Source: Archaeoglobus sp. (GTDB lineage: Archaea; Halobacteriota; Archaeoglobi; Archaeoglobales; Archaeoglobaceae). From it: 64,000 bases of DNA. This document shows positions 20,345 to 30,376 of the stretch, piece by piece. The stretch covers positions 14,739 through 78,738 of the forward strand of contig JACDNU010000005.1 in NCBI GenBank assembly GCA_017656505.1, written 5' to 3'. Both the position numbers and the translations under genes were made by a program. The notes beneath the pieces are model-generated. The model was given only the letters and a program-made list of their open reading frames with translations. It ran no database searches and had not been told where the DNA came from. Each line of letters opens with the position of its first letter. Positions within the stretch are counted from its first letter, which is position 1.

Positions 20345-22084
20345 ATGGCGGAAAAGGCGGAAAAGGCGGAAATTTCTGGGGGAGAAGTTCTGGTTAGGTG
20401 TCTCATTGAAGAGGGTGTGAAATATGTTTTTGGAGTTCCTGGAGCACAGCTACTCACTTTTCTGGATGCTATTAAAAGAATTGGTGGAGAGCATGGATTA
20501 GAATTCGTGGGCTGCAGACATGAGCAGGCAGCAGCAAACATGGCAGATGCCTGGGCCAGGATGACAGGGGAGCCGGGAGTTTGTGTAGGAACAGTCGGCC
20601 CAGGAGGAGCAAATCTCGTTCCTGGAGTTTATCCTGCTTGGGCTGATGGAATACCAATGATCGTTTTGACAGCTCAAAATCAGACTTGGAGAAGTTATCC
20701 TGATCATGGATCCATGCAAGCTTTAGATCAATTCCACCTTTTCAAGCCGATAACAAAATGGAATGCTGTGGTATCGAGTTGGGAGAGAATTCCCGAGCTC
20801 GTTCAGCATGCCTTCAGAGTTGCAACGTCTGGCAGGCCAGGCCCTGTGCATTTAGATCTGCCATCCGATGTGCTTTTTAATGGGAAAGAGGAGAATCTGG
20901 TAAAGTTGCAGCCACCTCATCGCTATAGGGCAACCAAAATGCCTGTGGGGGATCCAGAGTTAATTGAAAAGGCAGCTGAAATGCTCGTAAATGCTGAATT
21001 TCCGCTAATCCATGCTGGAGGAGGAGTTTTAAGGGCTAAAGCGTGGGATGAGCTTAGAATGCTTGCGGAACATCTCGCTGCGGTTGTTACAACCACCCTT
21101 GGAGCGAGAGGAGTAATTCCCGAGGATCATCCCCTTTCTATAATCCCAGGAAGCCCGGCAGCTATAATGGCCCAGAATGAGGCAGATTTGGTTCTGGTTG
21201 TGGGGAGCAGAATGGGTGACGTTGACTTCTGGGGAAAACCGCCAGCTTGGGGGGATCCAGACAAGCAGAAAACAATTCAAATAGATGTTGATGCTGAGAT
21301 GATAGCTCTAAATCGGCCTGTAGACCTTGCGATAGTTGGAGATGCGAAGGCTACACTATCAAAACTTTTAGAGACTGTCAGAAATAGAACAGAAAAAAGA
21401 GAAAACAAGAAGATTGAGAATTATAAGGAAATACAGAAAGCCTGGATCCAGAATTTTTTGAAGCAAGCTGAAAGTGAGGGCGAAATCCATCCGCTCAGGC
21501 TGATGAAGGAAGTCAGGGAGTTCTATCCGAGGGATGCGATCGCATGCATCGATGGCGGAAATACGCCGGTATGGGCATTCTATCTGCACAGAATTTACGA
21601 GCCCAACACTTTTCTATGGGCTGCAGATTCAGGCCATTTAGGAGTAGGTTTGCCGTATGCGATTTCAGCAAAGCTGGCCTCACCGGATAAGCAGGTTTAT
21701 TTGATTACCGGAGATGGAGCTTTCGGAACGGCCATTCAGGAAATGGAGACAGCAGCAAGGCTCGGAGTGAAGATCACAGTAATTGTGTCAAACGATAGGG
21801 CATGGGGGATGATTAAAGGATCGCAAAAACTCTCATTCGGTGAAAGATATATCGGCGTTGACTTCAGCGATGCAAGATACGGTGAGATCGCAAAGGCCAT
21901 GGGCTGGTATGGTGAGAGGGTGGAGAATCCCGAGGATATTGCAGCTGCCCTCGAGAGAGCTGAAAGCAGCAAAAAGCCCGCGTTGCTTGACGTAGTAGTC
22001 TCACAGGAGCAGAATCTAACGCCGCCGGATCTCGCAACTCTCGGAATGATCTGGCTTGAGGGATGTACACCTCCTGAGGTTTAA
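20345..22084 (+). CDS. thiamine-pyrophosphate enzyme, acetolactate synthase large subunit-like
   Basis: ATG 20345 preceded by ggaggtgg. GVPGAQLL, HEQAAA and the TPP-binding motif GDGAFG...N are present. The 5' end carries a 9-bp x3 repeat encoding AEKAEKAE. Confidence 0.85.
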   Translation: MAEKAEKAEISGGEVLVRCLIEEGVKYVFGVPGAQLLTFLDAIKRIGGEHGLEFVGCRHEQAAANMADAWARMTGEPGVCVGTVGPGGANLVPGVYPAWADGIPMIVLTAQNQTWRSYPDHGSMQALDQFHLFKPITKWNAVVSSWERIPELVQHAFRVATSGRPGPVHLDLPSDVLFNGKEENLVKLQPPHRYRATKMPVGDPELIEKAAEMLVNAEFPLIHAGGGVLRAKAWDELRMLAEHLAAVVTTTLGARGVIPEDHPLSIIPGSPAAIMAQNEADLVLVVGSRMGDVDFWGKPPAWGDPDKQKTIQIDVDAEMIALNRPVDLAIVGDAKATLSKLLETVRNRTEKRENKKIENYKEIQKAWIQNFLKQAESEGEIHPLRLMKEVREFYPRDAIACIDGGNTPVWAFYLHRIYEPNTFLWAADSGHLGVGLPYAISAKLASPDKQVYLITGDGAFGTAIQEMETAARLGVKITVIVSNDRAWGMIKGSQKLSFGERYIGVDFSDARYGEIAKAMGWYGERVENPEDIAAALERAESSKKPALLDVVVSQEQNLTPPDLATLGMIWLEGCTPPEV

Positions 22085-22164
22085 AAGCCGTACTTTTTCT
22101 GAGGTTTGATGAGGTTTGAGGGGTAGGCTATGCAAAGCATATGTAAACAATTTCGGTGTAAATC

Positions 22165-23402
22165 ATGAGGGCTGTTGTGGCGAATTTCAGCTTAACTAGG
22201 GCTGCGATAACTCTAATCCTGTCTAAAATATCCAAAAGTGCCTTTTACGGCCCATTTTCTATTTTATCCTACCATGCCGACTATCCAGAGCCCAAGCTGC
22301 TAAGCGAGGAGTGGGTTAAGGTTAAGACCTCTCTTTGCGGAATATGCGGTTCTGATTTGAGGTTGATAATGCTGGAAGAAAGCTTCTATCTCTATCCCCT
22401 CACATCATTTCCGCTTATACTCGGTCATGAGGTTGTTGGAAGGGTAGAAGAAGTAGGAAAGAAGGTTGATGGGATAGAGGAGGGTGAGAGAGTTGTAATC
22501 GATAATGTTCTTCCTTGTAAGGTTAGAGGGCTGGAAGGGGAAGAGGAGTGTCCTAGTTGTAAGGAAGGAAGATATTCGATCTGCTACAACTTCGATAGAG
22601 GAGCGATCTCGCCGGGAATCTTTACGGGTTTCTGCAGAGACACCGGTGGCGGGTGGAGTGATTATTTCGTTGCACATGAACACCAGCTGATAAAGGTGCC
22701 GGAAAACCTGAGCGATGAAAAGGCCGTTTTTGCGGAGCCGTTTGCAGTCTGCCTTCATGCGGTGCTGAAAGCCCATCCTAAAGAGGAAGACGTGGTTGCA
22801 ATTATCGGCTGTGGAATGATGGGTATAGGGATTGCAGCAGCTCTGAGGGCGTTGGGTTCAAAGGGGAAATTGTGGGCATAGATCTCAGCAAATTTCAGCT
22901 TGAAATGGCGAAGAAGTTTGGAGTGAGCAAAACGATTTGCTTAGGAGAGGGAGAAAAAGCAATCGAGGGGATAGCTGAGCTTACTGGGGGCAGGGTGTAC
23001 TCTCCACCCCGCGAGAAACCGATGTTCGTAGGGGGTGGAGCTGACATCGTTTTTGAGTGCGTTGGTAGATCGCAAACGGTGGACGACTCCTTGAGAATAG
23101 TAAAGCCTGGAGGGAAAGTGATTTTGTTGGGCACGGCTGGAAAGTTATCGGGAGTTGATTTTGCTCCGGTCTTCTCGAAGGAGGTTGAGATAAAAGGGGT
23201 CTTTGGATCCGAGGTGGAAAAAGTTGGAGAACAAAGAAAGAGAGCCTTTGAGCTGGCCATAGAGCTATTTCAGAAAGGCGTTGACTTCTCTCCCTTGCTG
23301 ACTCACAAGTTTCCTTTGGAGAGGTATAAGGAAGCTTTATGGGCTGCGATGAACAAGGATAAGTCTAAGGCAATTAAGGTTGCATTTTCTTTTGAAAGTT
23401 AG
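22165..23402 (+). pseudogene. Zn-dependent alcohol/threonine dehydrogenase-family gene split into two ORFs (22165-22881, 22872-23402) by a -1 frame change at 22860-22866
   Basis: ORF1 has the catalytic Zn site (CGICGSD, GHE) and the start of the Rossmann fold (AIIGCGMMG...LGSKG). ORF2 continues in the -1 frame with (E)IVGIDLSKFQLEMAKKFG and the rest of the fold. The junction sequence is tcA AAG GGG aaa. Confidence 0.8.
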
Positions 23403-23661
23403 TTTGATTGCTTGGGAGCTTAATTTGATTGCTTGGAAGCCGAATTTGAATGATAAAATTGTTTAAAGCAATGTTAAATCAGTTCTATTTTTAAACACAA
23501 GATTTATGACGGATTGTTTAATAGCCTGTTAAATTTGTAAATTCGTTAAATTGTTAAAAATAGCCATACAGATTAGGGGGTGGGGTATCAAATAATGTAT
23601 CAAATAGTCCAATCAAATAATCCATCAACGTCCTTTACCGTGACTTTTGAATCTCTAACCC

Positions 23662-24549
23662 TTACCTCAATCCCTCCTCTAAAGACCTCAAAGCTTGAAG
23701 CAATTGTGTTTCCCATCTAACGTGCCTCTTGAAATGCTCGTTAGGATCCTTTGTCAGCGTGTACACCCAGTAAAGACCGAAAAAGCCCAGTGTAACAATG
23801 GAAAGCACGACATAAAGAACGGTGTTGCGATTCGGTACGCATGCACTATCATAAAAGAAATGGTTTTCGTCGACGAGAATCGAAGAAACCACGTCCAGAA
23901 AATGATCTTCCCTCCTTTCATGCCTCCAGAAATCTTTGTTTAGAAAATGATAGACGTAGAGGAGAAGTATCCCGCCCACGTATGGAACAAACTGGATCAG
24001 AGCCCAAAGGACGGCGTTCTTTTCCTCTTCCTCTGCCTCAATCTCATTCAGTAGCGATTCAAGCCTGTTAAGTTGGTTCAAAGTTCCATCCTCAGGTGAT
24101 TTAGCCCTCAAATAACCGATTATGGCTCTGAAAAGAAGTCTCTGTCTCTTGAAATGCTCGTTTCTTCTGGAAACCCACTTGTAAATCACGTAAATGTTCA
24201 AAGCAAGGCCAGCAAGCATAATAAAGAGTATTAACAGAATGGCAACAACTCCCAACTCATCAATAGCATCTGCCGAAGAGTGGGAATAGGGGTAGGTAGA
24301 ATAGGTAGAGTAGGATTGAGGGTAGCTTGAAGTGTACGAATAAGAGTCAAATGCGTTAATGTTCGATGAAGTGGCAATAAATACTAGGGTAAAGAATAAA
24401 ATACCAATTATGACCAGCAGAACGGGTATAAATGGTAGCCATACCGGCATAATGTAGTCTGTGAAGATTCTACGGTTCATGTATTCCTCAATCGTACCTA
24501 AATCTGTCATGGGATAACTTCTTGATATATTTTTAAAAAACATTTTCAT
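23662..24549 (-). CDS. membrane protein with internally duplicated DUF4234-like module and Ser/Tyr-rich loop
   Basis: 295 aa. The motif YxW..(x)NEHFKR occurs twice, each after a TM hairpin. Low-complexity stretch SYSYTSSYPQSYSTYSTYPYS. Confidence 0.6.
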   Translation of the reverse strand: MKMFFKNISRSYPMTDLGTIEEYMNRRIFTDYIMPVWLPFIPVLLVIIGILFFTLVFIATSSNINAFDSYSYTSSYPQSYSTYSTYPYSHSSADAIDELGVVAILLILFIMLAGLALNIYVIYKWVSRRNEHFKRQRLLFRAIIGYLRAKSPEDGTLNQLNRLESLLNEIEAEEEEKNAVLWALIQFVPYVGGILLLYVYHFLNKDFWRHERREDHFLDVVSSILVDENHFFYDSACVPNRNTVLYVVLSIVTLGFFGLYWVYTLTKDPNEHFKRHVRWETQLLQALRSLEEGLR

Positions 24550-24644
24550 TTAGATGAGGATTATGGCTGGAAAAGTCAGCAATTGGTATGGATCTTGTAA
24601 ACCGTTACACTCAATCTTATTACTCAACTCATCACTTTATCGTC

Positions 24645-25760
24645 TCAATTTTTCGAAGCCTCTCTAAGCTTCTCCGCTGGTTTGTAGATCTCCGCTCCTC
24701 TTTCGCGATAAAGTCTCTCCAACAACTCTAAAATCGTATTGTAGCCGAGCATCTCCGCAACCTCGAAAACACCTAAAGGCGAACCCGTTGCCAATTTATA
24801 TGCCTCGTTTATTGTCTCTTTATCAGCTATCCCCTCTTCAAGCTCAAGAAAAGCCTCGTTCACGACAGCGGAGATTATGGGGGTTATATCGTATGGCCTT
24901 GCGTCTGGAATCATCGCTTTTCCCTCAACCCATTTATAGAACCCCTCTCCTGACTTCTTTCCAAGCTTGTTCCATTCAAGCATCCTTTCAAGGAAGAATG
25001 CCATTCCCTTTGGCGGCTCGAATTTCCTGCCATAACTCTCTTTGAAGCTATTGAGAACGTCTATCACAACATCTATGCCTATAAGGTCGAGAAGCTCGAA
25101 AAAGCCATAGGGTGAGCCTAATGCTTTTAAGGCGGCATCGATTTCTTCAGGACGAGCATGCATGAGTTCCCAAGCACCAGCCACTCCCGCCACGCCTAGA
25201 AATCTGTTGAATATATGCCCTCTACATTCTTTCTTGAGTAATACTGGTTCTTTCCCTATTTTTCTGGCAACCTCGATAGCTTTACCAATCGCATCCTCTG
25301 AGGCGAAATCTCCGGCTATCTCAACTATTTTCATCAGAATAGGAGGATTTGAGAAGTGGAATAGAACGAGCCTCTCAGGCTTTTTTAGGCCAGCAGCAAC
25401 CTCCGATGGTTTAAAGGATGACGTGTTTGTTGCAAGTACGCAATCATCACTTACCAAGCTCTCAATTTTTTTCATAACCTTTATTTTCAAATCAAGCTTT
25501 TCGGGTATGGCTTCGACGATAAAGTCGCAATCCCCAACATCTTCGAGATTCGTCGTGTACTTTATCTTTGAGATAATCTCATCTCTCCTTTTCAATCCCG
25601 CTTGCTCGATCTGTTCAAGATCCTCTCCCTCATGCCTTTTTCTTGCCTTTTCAAGCGCATCATCGTTAACATCAACCAAAACCACATCATAGCCTGCATT
25701 TGCAAACAGGGCAGCTATCGCAGCCCCCATAGTTCCGGCGCCAATAACTCCCGTTTTCAT
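24645..25760 (-). CDS. 3-hydroxyacyl-CoA dehydrogenase (NAD-binding plus C-terminal dimerisation domains)
   Basis: ATG at 25760 (MKTGVIGAGTMG) preceded by ggagg. Contains NTSS, a typical HBD-family motif. Confidence 0.85.
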   Translation of the reverse strand: MKTGVIGAGTMGAAIAALFANAGYDVVLVDVNDDALEKARKRHEGEDLEQIEQAGLKRRDEIISKIKYTTNLEDVGDCDFIVEAIPEKLDLKIKVMKKIESLVSDDCVLATNTSSFKPSEVAAGLKKPERLVLFHFSNPPILMKIVEIAGDFASEDAIGKAIEVARKIGKEPVLLKKECRGHIFNRFLGVAGVAGAWELMHARPEEIDAALKALGSPYGFFELLDLIGIDVVIDVLNSFKESYGRKFEPPKGMAFFLERMLEWNKLGKKSGEGFYKWVEGKAMIPDARPYDITPIISAVVNEAFLELEEGIADKETINEAYKLATGSPLGVFEVAEMLGYNTILELLERLYRERGAEIYKPAEKLREASKN

Positions 25761-25921
25761 GCAAAACCTCCAGGGATTTGGTTCCACCGGTATCTACCAA
25801 CTATCTTCCTCAAAATTTTATAGTTTTTTGTTTCTTTTAAATTTGCCCTCATCCTTTATAATTTGGATTTAAAAATTAGAATTCAGAATCACTTCAGCGA
25901 TTAAATAGATAATGACTACTC

Positions 25922-26257
25922 TTACGCCCTAAAATCTTCCCCTTCACCTTTCCGAGATTCGCCCAGCTTGATAATCTCTTTTAACTTTTCAACCTCCTCG
26001 ATATACTTTGTGTAGCCCTTTTCGGTAATTTTCACGATTGTTCTAGGGCCCCTATGTGTTATTATCTTCTTTCTTTCGACGTAACCCTTGTCTTCGAGTC
26101 TTTTCAGGTGGGTGCTCAAACTACCCCATTGTATTCCGCTTGCTTTGGAGAGTTCAGCTTCCGCAAGCTGCCTTAAGGTAAAGAGAAGCGTCATGATAAC
26201 GAATCTTTTTGGATTTACTATGTCATCATCTAGGTCATTTAAGCCTGCCACCCTCAT
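25922..26257 (-). CDS. winged-helix transcriptional regulator
   Basis: Start taken at internal ATG 26257 (MRVAGLNDL...) to avoid a 65-nt overlap with the upstream gene. HTH-wing region SKASGIQWGSLSTHLKRLEDKGYVERKK. Confidence 0.65.
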   Translation of the reverse strand: MRVAGLNDLDDDIVNPKRFVIMTLLFTLRQLAEAELSKASGIQWGSLSTHLKRLEDKGYVERKKIITHRGPRTIVKITEKGYTKYIEEVEKLKEIIKLGESRKGEGEDFRA

Positions 26258-26294
26258 CCCTTTCTTGCCGATTTTTGCCTTTTCTACTATTTTC

Positions 26295-26912
26295 TTACTC
26301 TTGTATAACTTTTTGTGCTCCAAAGAATCCCCGAAGGGAAGCTGCAAGATAGATCGCAATCATCATCGAGATTGTGAGTAGGTTAGAGCCGAGAATAATT
26401 TGATCGTTAATTTCGAGGCGGGAAAGAGGAATTAGTACAATTGATGTGAGGAGCATCAGAGCGCCAGAGAAGGTTAGGTTTCTTACAACCAGCTGCGAAT
26501 TTCTCTCTACATAGATTCCCCATAGGAGTAGTCCGGCACCCAAAGATGGATACCAGATGATAGAGAAATAGAAAGCTCCGAGGATTAGTATTTGGGGTAG
26601 AAGGGCATAAGAGATAATGAAAGGTATAAACATTAGCAGCAGACCTAGGTGCCAGCGTTTTCTTATGCTTTTCTCTAAAGGAACAAACTTCTCAAATCTC
26701 CTGAAAAGAAGTCCACTGATAAATCCTGCCATAATCAGCATGGCAGAATTGATTGTCCAATCAGCAACTCCAACCAGCTGCATAGCTCCAGCGAAAAGCA
26801 GGGCTGAGCCGAAAACCATCCCAAACATCGCCCACATAAGAGAGGCTATTACGTTGTATCTGAACTTCTCCAGTTTTGTTGCAATGTCGGCCAGTCTTTC
26901 AGCATCTTCCAT
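26295..26912 (-). CDS. polytopic membrane protein, unknown function (co-oriented with the wHTH regulator)
   Basis: 205 aa, about 6 TM segments. Confidence 0.6.
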   Translation of the reverse strand: MEDAERLADIATKLEKFRYNVIASLMWAMFGMVFGSALLFAGAMQLVGVADWTINSAMLIMAGFISGLLFRRFEKFVPLEKSIRKRWHLGLLLMFIPFIISYALLPQILILGAFYFSIIWYPSLGAGLLLWGIYVERNSQLVVRNLTFSGALMLLTSIVLIPLSRLEINDQIILGSNLLTISMMIAIYLAASLRGFFGAQKVIQE

Positions 26913-27179
26913 GACGCCACATCAACTTTTTTGTTTAAAAATCGGTAACAAACTCTCAAATTAAGAGTGAGTTGGAATTCATTAGTGCTGCTTTGTTTTA
27001 GATTATCTATGACTTCTATGGTCTGGATATGCTTGATATTCATACTTGATATCCTACCTCTACATCCCATATCTAACGAGCGACGAAATGTAAATTATTG
27101 CGAGATGCAAAATACAAAAGCATGTAACCGAACACATGTAACCGAAAAATCTTAATTTTAGCTAACAAACAGAGGAGGC

Positions 27180-27713
27180 ATGGAAAAAAGCGGTGAAGAG
27201 CTTGCACTTAAAAAATTAGAAAGGCTATTGGAGAAATTGTTGAAGGAGTTGGAGTATCAGCTCATCAAAAATTATGAAATTAGGAAAATTGACCCCTCGG
27301 AACTTGAGCTTGACATAAGGACGAGATGGAAATGCATGTTTGGATGTGGCTATTATGGAAAGAGAAAATCGTGTCCGCCTTTCGTTCCTGAAATAGATGA
27401 GGCTGAGAAATTTCTGAAAAGTTACAGATCAGCATTCTTGTTCATGGTAAAATTTGAAAGTTATGATGAGTACATGGATTTAAAAAGGCAGATTCAGAAG
27501 TTTTTGGTTGAAATTGAGGGGAGACTCGTAAAAGACTATCCTATGGCCTTTACACTCTTCCCTGGGGGCTGTGATCTCTGCGATGAGTGCGAATTCCCGA
27601 ACTATGAAAAATGCCAGGCAAGACCTGCAGTCTCCTCGATGGGGATAAGGATCGCAGATTTGGGTGTTGAACTTGGTGATAAATGGCTTGTAAGCGTGAT
27701 TTTGCTGGAATAG
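27180..27713 (+). CDS. DUF2284-like Cys-rich metal-binding protein
   Basis: 177 aa. CMFGCGYYGKRKSCPP and GGCDLCDEC motifs. Confidence 0.7.
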   Translation: MEKSGEELALKKLERLLEKLLKELEYQLIKNYEIRKIDPSELELDIRTRWKCMFGCGYYGKRKSCPPFVPEIDEAEKFLKSYRSAFLFMVKFESYDEYMDLKRQIQKFLVEIEGRLVKDYPMAFTLFPGGCDLCDECEFPNYEKCQARPAVSSMGIRIADLGVELGDKWLVSVILLE

Positions 27714-27854
27714 GCGAAAAATTTTAGAGATTTTGGGGTTTTGAGATTTTGAATAGGAATAAACAATCAAATGTTCAAACTTTTTTCATTCCTCTACAAA
27801 AACCACACAATCTTTTTAAAGCAAGCTGCTGCTAGTCTCTTGTCTGGTGATCTC

Positions 27855-28712
27855 ATGTTTGGGAAGATTCTCTTACCAACGGATTTTTCTGAATATTCCT
27901 GGAAGACGATGGAATGCGGCTTGGAATTGGCAGCAGTTGGAGCAAAAGAAGTTGTTCTCCTGCATGTTGTTGAAATCCCGGCCGAAATCCTCACTAGAGT
28001 TGGGTTGGCGGACTTTGAATCCATTGAAAATATAGAGGAGAGGATTACAGAGTCGGTGATTGATGAGCTAAAACAGCGAGCAAAGTTGTTTGAGGAGAAA
28101 AGCATCGCAACCAAAGAAATTGTTGTAGTTAGCGAGGGAAAGACATCAGATGCGATTCTCGAAACGGCGGAAAAAGAGAATGTCGACCTAATACTTATAG
28201 GGTCCAGAGGAACTGGCTGGCTTAGTAGAAAGTTGCTTGGAAGTGTCTCTGATGAAGTTCTTATACGATCTAGGAAGCCTGTCTTACTGGCTAAATTCAA
28301 GATTGTCGAAAAAGAGGGAGAGTATTACTTTAAAATGCCCCATTCAAGGCTTTTTGAAAGAATAGTCTATGCATGTGACCTCTCCACGATATGCATGGAG
28401 GTGGTCGAACAGGTTAGGCTTATGGCCTCGCAAACTAAGGGTGAGGTGATTTTGCTCTATGTCGAAGAGTTCGGGGAGGATCCTGGGGTGAAGGAGAGGA
28501 TTAAAACTTTAGAGAAAACTTTTGAGGGAATAAATTTCAGAAGCCTAATAGTTCAGGGAACTCCACGGAAGGAGATACTAAGGGTGTCGAAGGATGAAAA
28601 TGCATCGCTCCTCGTACTTTCTTCAAGCGGGAGGGGAGGATCGTTATTTGGTGGAACGGTAGATGCTGTAGCAAGAAGGGCGGAGATTCCCGTGCTTGTG
28701 CTGAAATCTTAG
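27855..28712 (+). CDS. tandem universal stress protein (2 x UspA domains)
   Basis: ATG 27855 (MFGKILLPTDFSE) preceded by ggtga. Two Usp repeats, each ending in G(S)RG...GS motifs. Confidence 0.85.
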   Translation: MFGKILLPTDFSEYSWKTMECGLELAAVGAKEVVLLHVVEIPAEILTRVGLADFESIENIEERITESVIDELKQRAKLFEEKSIATKEIVVVSEGKTSDAILETAEKENVDLILIGSRGTGWLSRKLLGSVSDEVLIRSRKPVLLAKFKIVEKEGEYYFKMPHSRLFERIVYACDLSTICMEVVEQVRLMASQTKGEVILLYVEEFGEDPGVKERIKTLEKTFEGINFRSLIVQGTPRKEILRVSKDENASLLVLSSSGRGGSLFGGTVDAVARRAEIPVLVLKS

Positions 28713-28864
28713 TATTTAAAGTTGGGTTTGTTTTTGTTTTAGAGTGTAATTTCAGATTTCACGGCAGACATAGTATCAATGAGTTTGACGGTGAATTAGG
28801 TGAGTGAATTAAAGGATAAAAACAACGTGAAATTTTGAAATTCAGTATAAACAAGAGGGTGGCA

Positions 28865-29677
28865 ATGAAAGTAACTAGAAGGAAGTTCTTGACAGGAGCT
28901 TTTGCTGGTATCTCAGCGATCCTTTTATCGGACGCTTTATTATACGAGCCAAGAATTCTTATCTCTGTCGAGAAGCTCGAGGTATCTGGATCGGTGGAAG
29001 AACGATTTAGAATTGTTCAGATCAGCGACATCCACCTCGGTAATGTAACTCCAATATGGAATGCTCTTTCCGTTATAAAAAGGCTTAAGCCCGACGTGGT
29101 AGTTGTTACGGGGGACGTATTTAGCTCTCCAGAAAAGCTTGATGAGGGTGTTGAGCTGGTAGAAGAGTTATCGGATTTAGCACCAACTCTTATCGTATAT
29201 GGGAATTGGGATTACTGGTCTGGAGTTGATTTGGAGGAGTTTGAAGTTAGGGTTGGCAGTAATGCAAAAGATGCTAAAATTTTGAAGAACAGCTATGTGA
29301 TGATGAATAGAGTTTGTTTTGCCGGTGTTGACGATCCGTATACTGGCAGAGATGTTCTTGAAAAGGCCATCTCAATACGTGAAGGATTTAAAGGATTTAC
29401 TGTACTTCTTGCTCACTCTCCCCAGATAATCGGTAAAGCTGAGGGAAGGGTTGATCTTGTACTTTCGGGCCACACTCATGGTGGACAGGTGACCATTCCA
29501 GGAATAGGGCCGCTTTACGTTCCTTTACCGAAAGAATACCGAAAATACAAAAGCGGGCTTTATAAGGTTGGGAATACGCTCCTATATGTTAACAGAGGGA
29601 TTGGAACTAGTGTTTTTCCAGCAAGGTTTGCTTGTCCGCCGGAGGTAACTTTGATAAGTTTGCATCCGGGTGATTGA
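28865..29677 (+). CDS. Tat-signal metallophosphoesterase (YkuE-like)
   Basis: ATG 28865 preceded by gagggtgg. RRKFLTGA twin-arginine signal. DIHLG, TGD, GNWD and GHTHGGQ motifs. Confidence 0.85.
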   Translation: MKVTRRKFLTGAFAGISAILLSDALLYEPRILISVEKLEVSGSVEERFRIVQISDIHLGNVTPIWNALSVIKRLKPDVVVVTGDVFSSPEKLDEGVELVEELSDLAPTLIVYGNWDYWSGVDLEEFEVRVGSNAKDAKILKNSYVMMNRVCFAGVDDPYTGRDVLEKAISIREGFKGFTVLLAHSPQIIGKAEGRVDLVLSGHTHGGQVTIPGIGPLYVPLPKEYRKYKSGLYKVGNTLLYVNRGIGTSVFPARFACPPEVTLISLHPGD

Positions 29678-29760
29678 TACTTTTGGCTGTTCCACTCCAA
29701 TTTGTATTTATGTGAAAAGATTTATTAGTGTTAAAAATTACAATTTTTGAAGGTGAGAAA

Positions 29761-30036
29761 ATGGGTGAAAAGCGGGAAGTTCAGTGGTACGAAATAGTAG
29801 ATAGCCCACCTACTGAACCTTTTGAGGCTTTGGTTGAAGTATATTTTCAAACAAAAGGTTACATTACCTCTTCAAATAAGTGGTTCTGGGTTCAAGAGAG
29901 AGGTAAAACGCAAAGGGGTTATAGAGACATCGATATTTTGGCTATTAACGGTGAGGAGACCCTTATCGTGTCGGTGACAACAAATCTTAAAGATAAAATA
30001 GGCAATCCAGAGAAACTGATTAGAGACTTTGAATAA
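29761..30036 (+). CDS. small protein, possible PD-(D/E)xK-like core (weak), first of a TAATG-overlapping pair
   Basis: ATG 29761 preceded by aaggtgag. Strand-like segments YRDIDILAINGEETLIVSVTT. No confident family assignment. Confidence 0.45.
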   Translation: MGEKREVQWYEIVDSPPTEPFEALVEVYFQTKGYITSSNKWFWVQERGKTQRGYRDIDILAINGEETLIVSVTTNLKDKIGNPEKLIRDFE

Positions 30037-30329
30037 TGGAGAGTTATCTAGAAAGAGCATATAAGTGGCTTATTGAAGGAAGAAAAGTGAAGAGAGTGTT
30101 AGTGTATGCCCATGGATACAAGAAACCCAGTAAAAAATTTGAAGAACGAAGAAAAGAGATAGAAAGGGAGAGAATCAAGTTGATTGGCCCTCAAAGAGAA
30201 ATACTCAAGGCAATAGAAAATTGGGTGAGAGAGAAGCATCGTGAGCTTGGCAATCAAACAGAATCAATAGGCATTAAAACAAACAATCTAATCATCAAAA
30301 TGATTGAATTTTTGGAAAAAGGAAAGTAA
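30036..30329 (+). CDS. small basic/helical protein, second of the TAATG-overlapping pair
   Basis: 97 aa. Its start codon shares one base with the upstream stop (gaaTAATGgag). Confidence 0.45.
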   Translation: MESYLERAYKWLIEGRKVKRVLVYAHGYKKPSKKFEERRKEIERERIKLIGPQREILKAIENWVREKHRELGNQTESIGIKTNNLIIKMIEFLEKGK

Positions 30330-30376
30330 AGGGCAATAAACACCTTCTAAAAACACTAGGATACCATATTAATTTA

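Noticed and set aside
23575-23585. Third copy of the 42-bp inverted-repeat family
   Set aside because: Only about 11 nt (agggggtgggg) match, with loose similarity afterwards. That is too short to call a repeat copy without a genome-wide count.
29761-30329. The two small ORFs read as one gene broken by a frameshift or stop
   Set aside because: The TAATG junction is the classic coupled stop/start arrangement, and read-through of the TAA meets another stop after four codons. Unlike the dehydrogenase case, there is no slippery heptamer and no family continuity that I can demonstrate across the junction.
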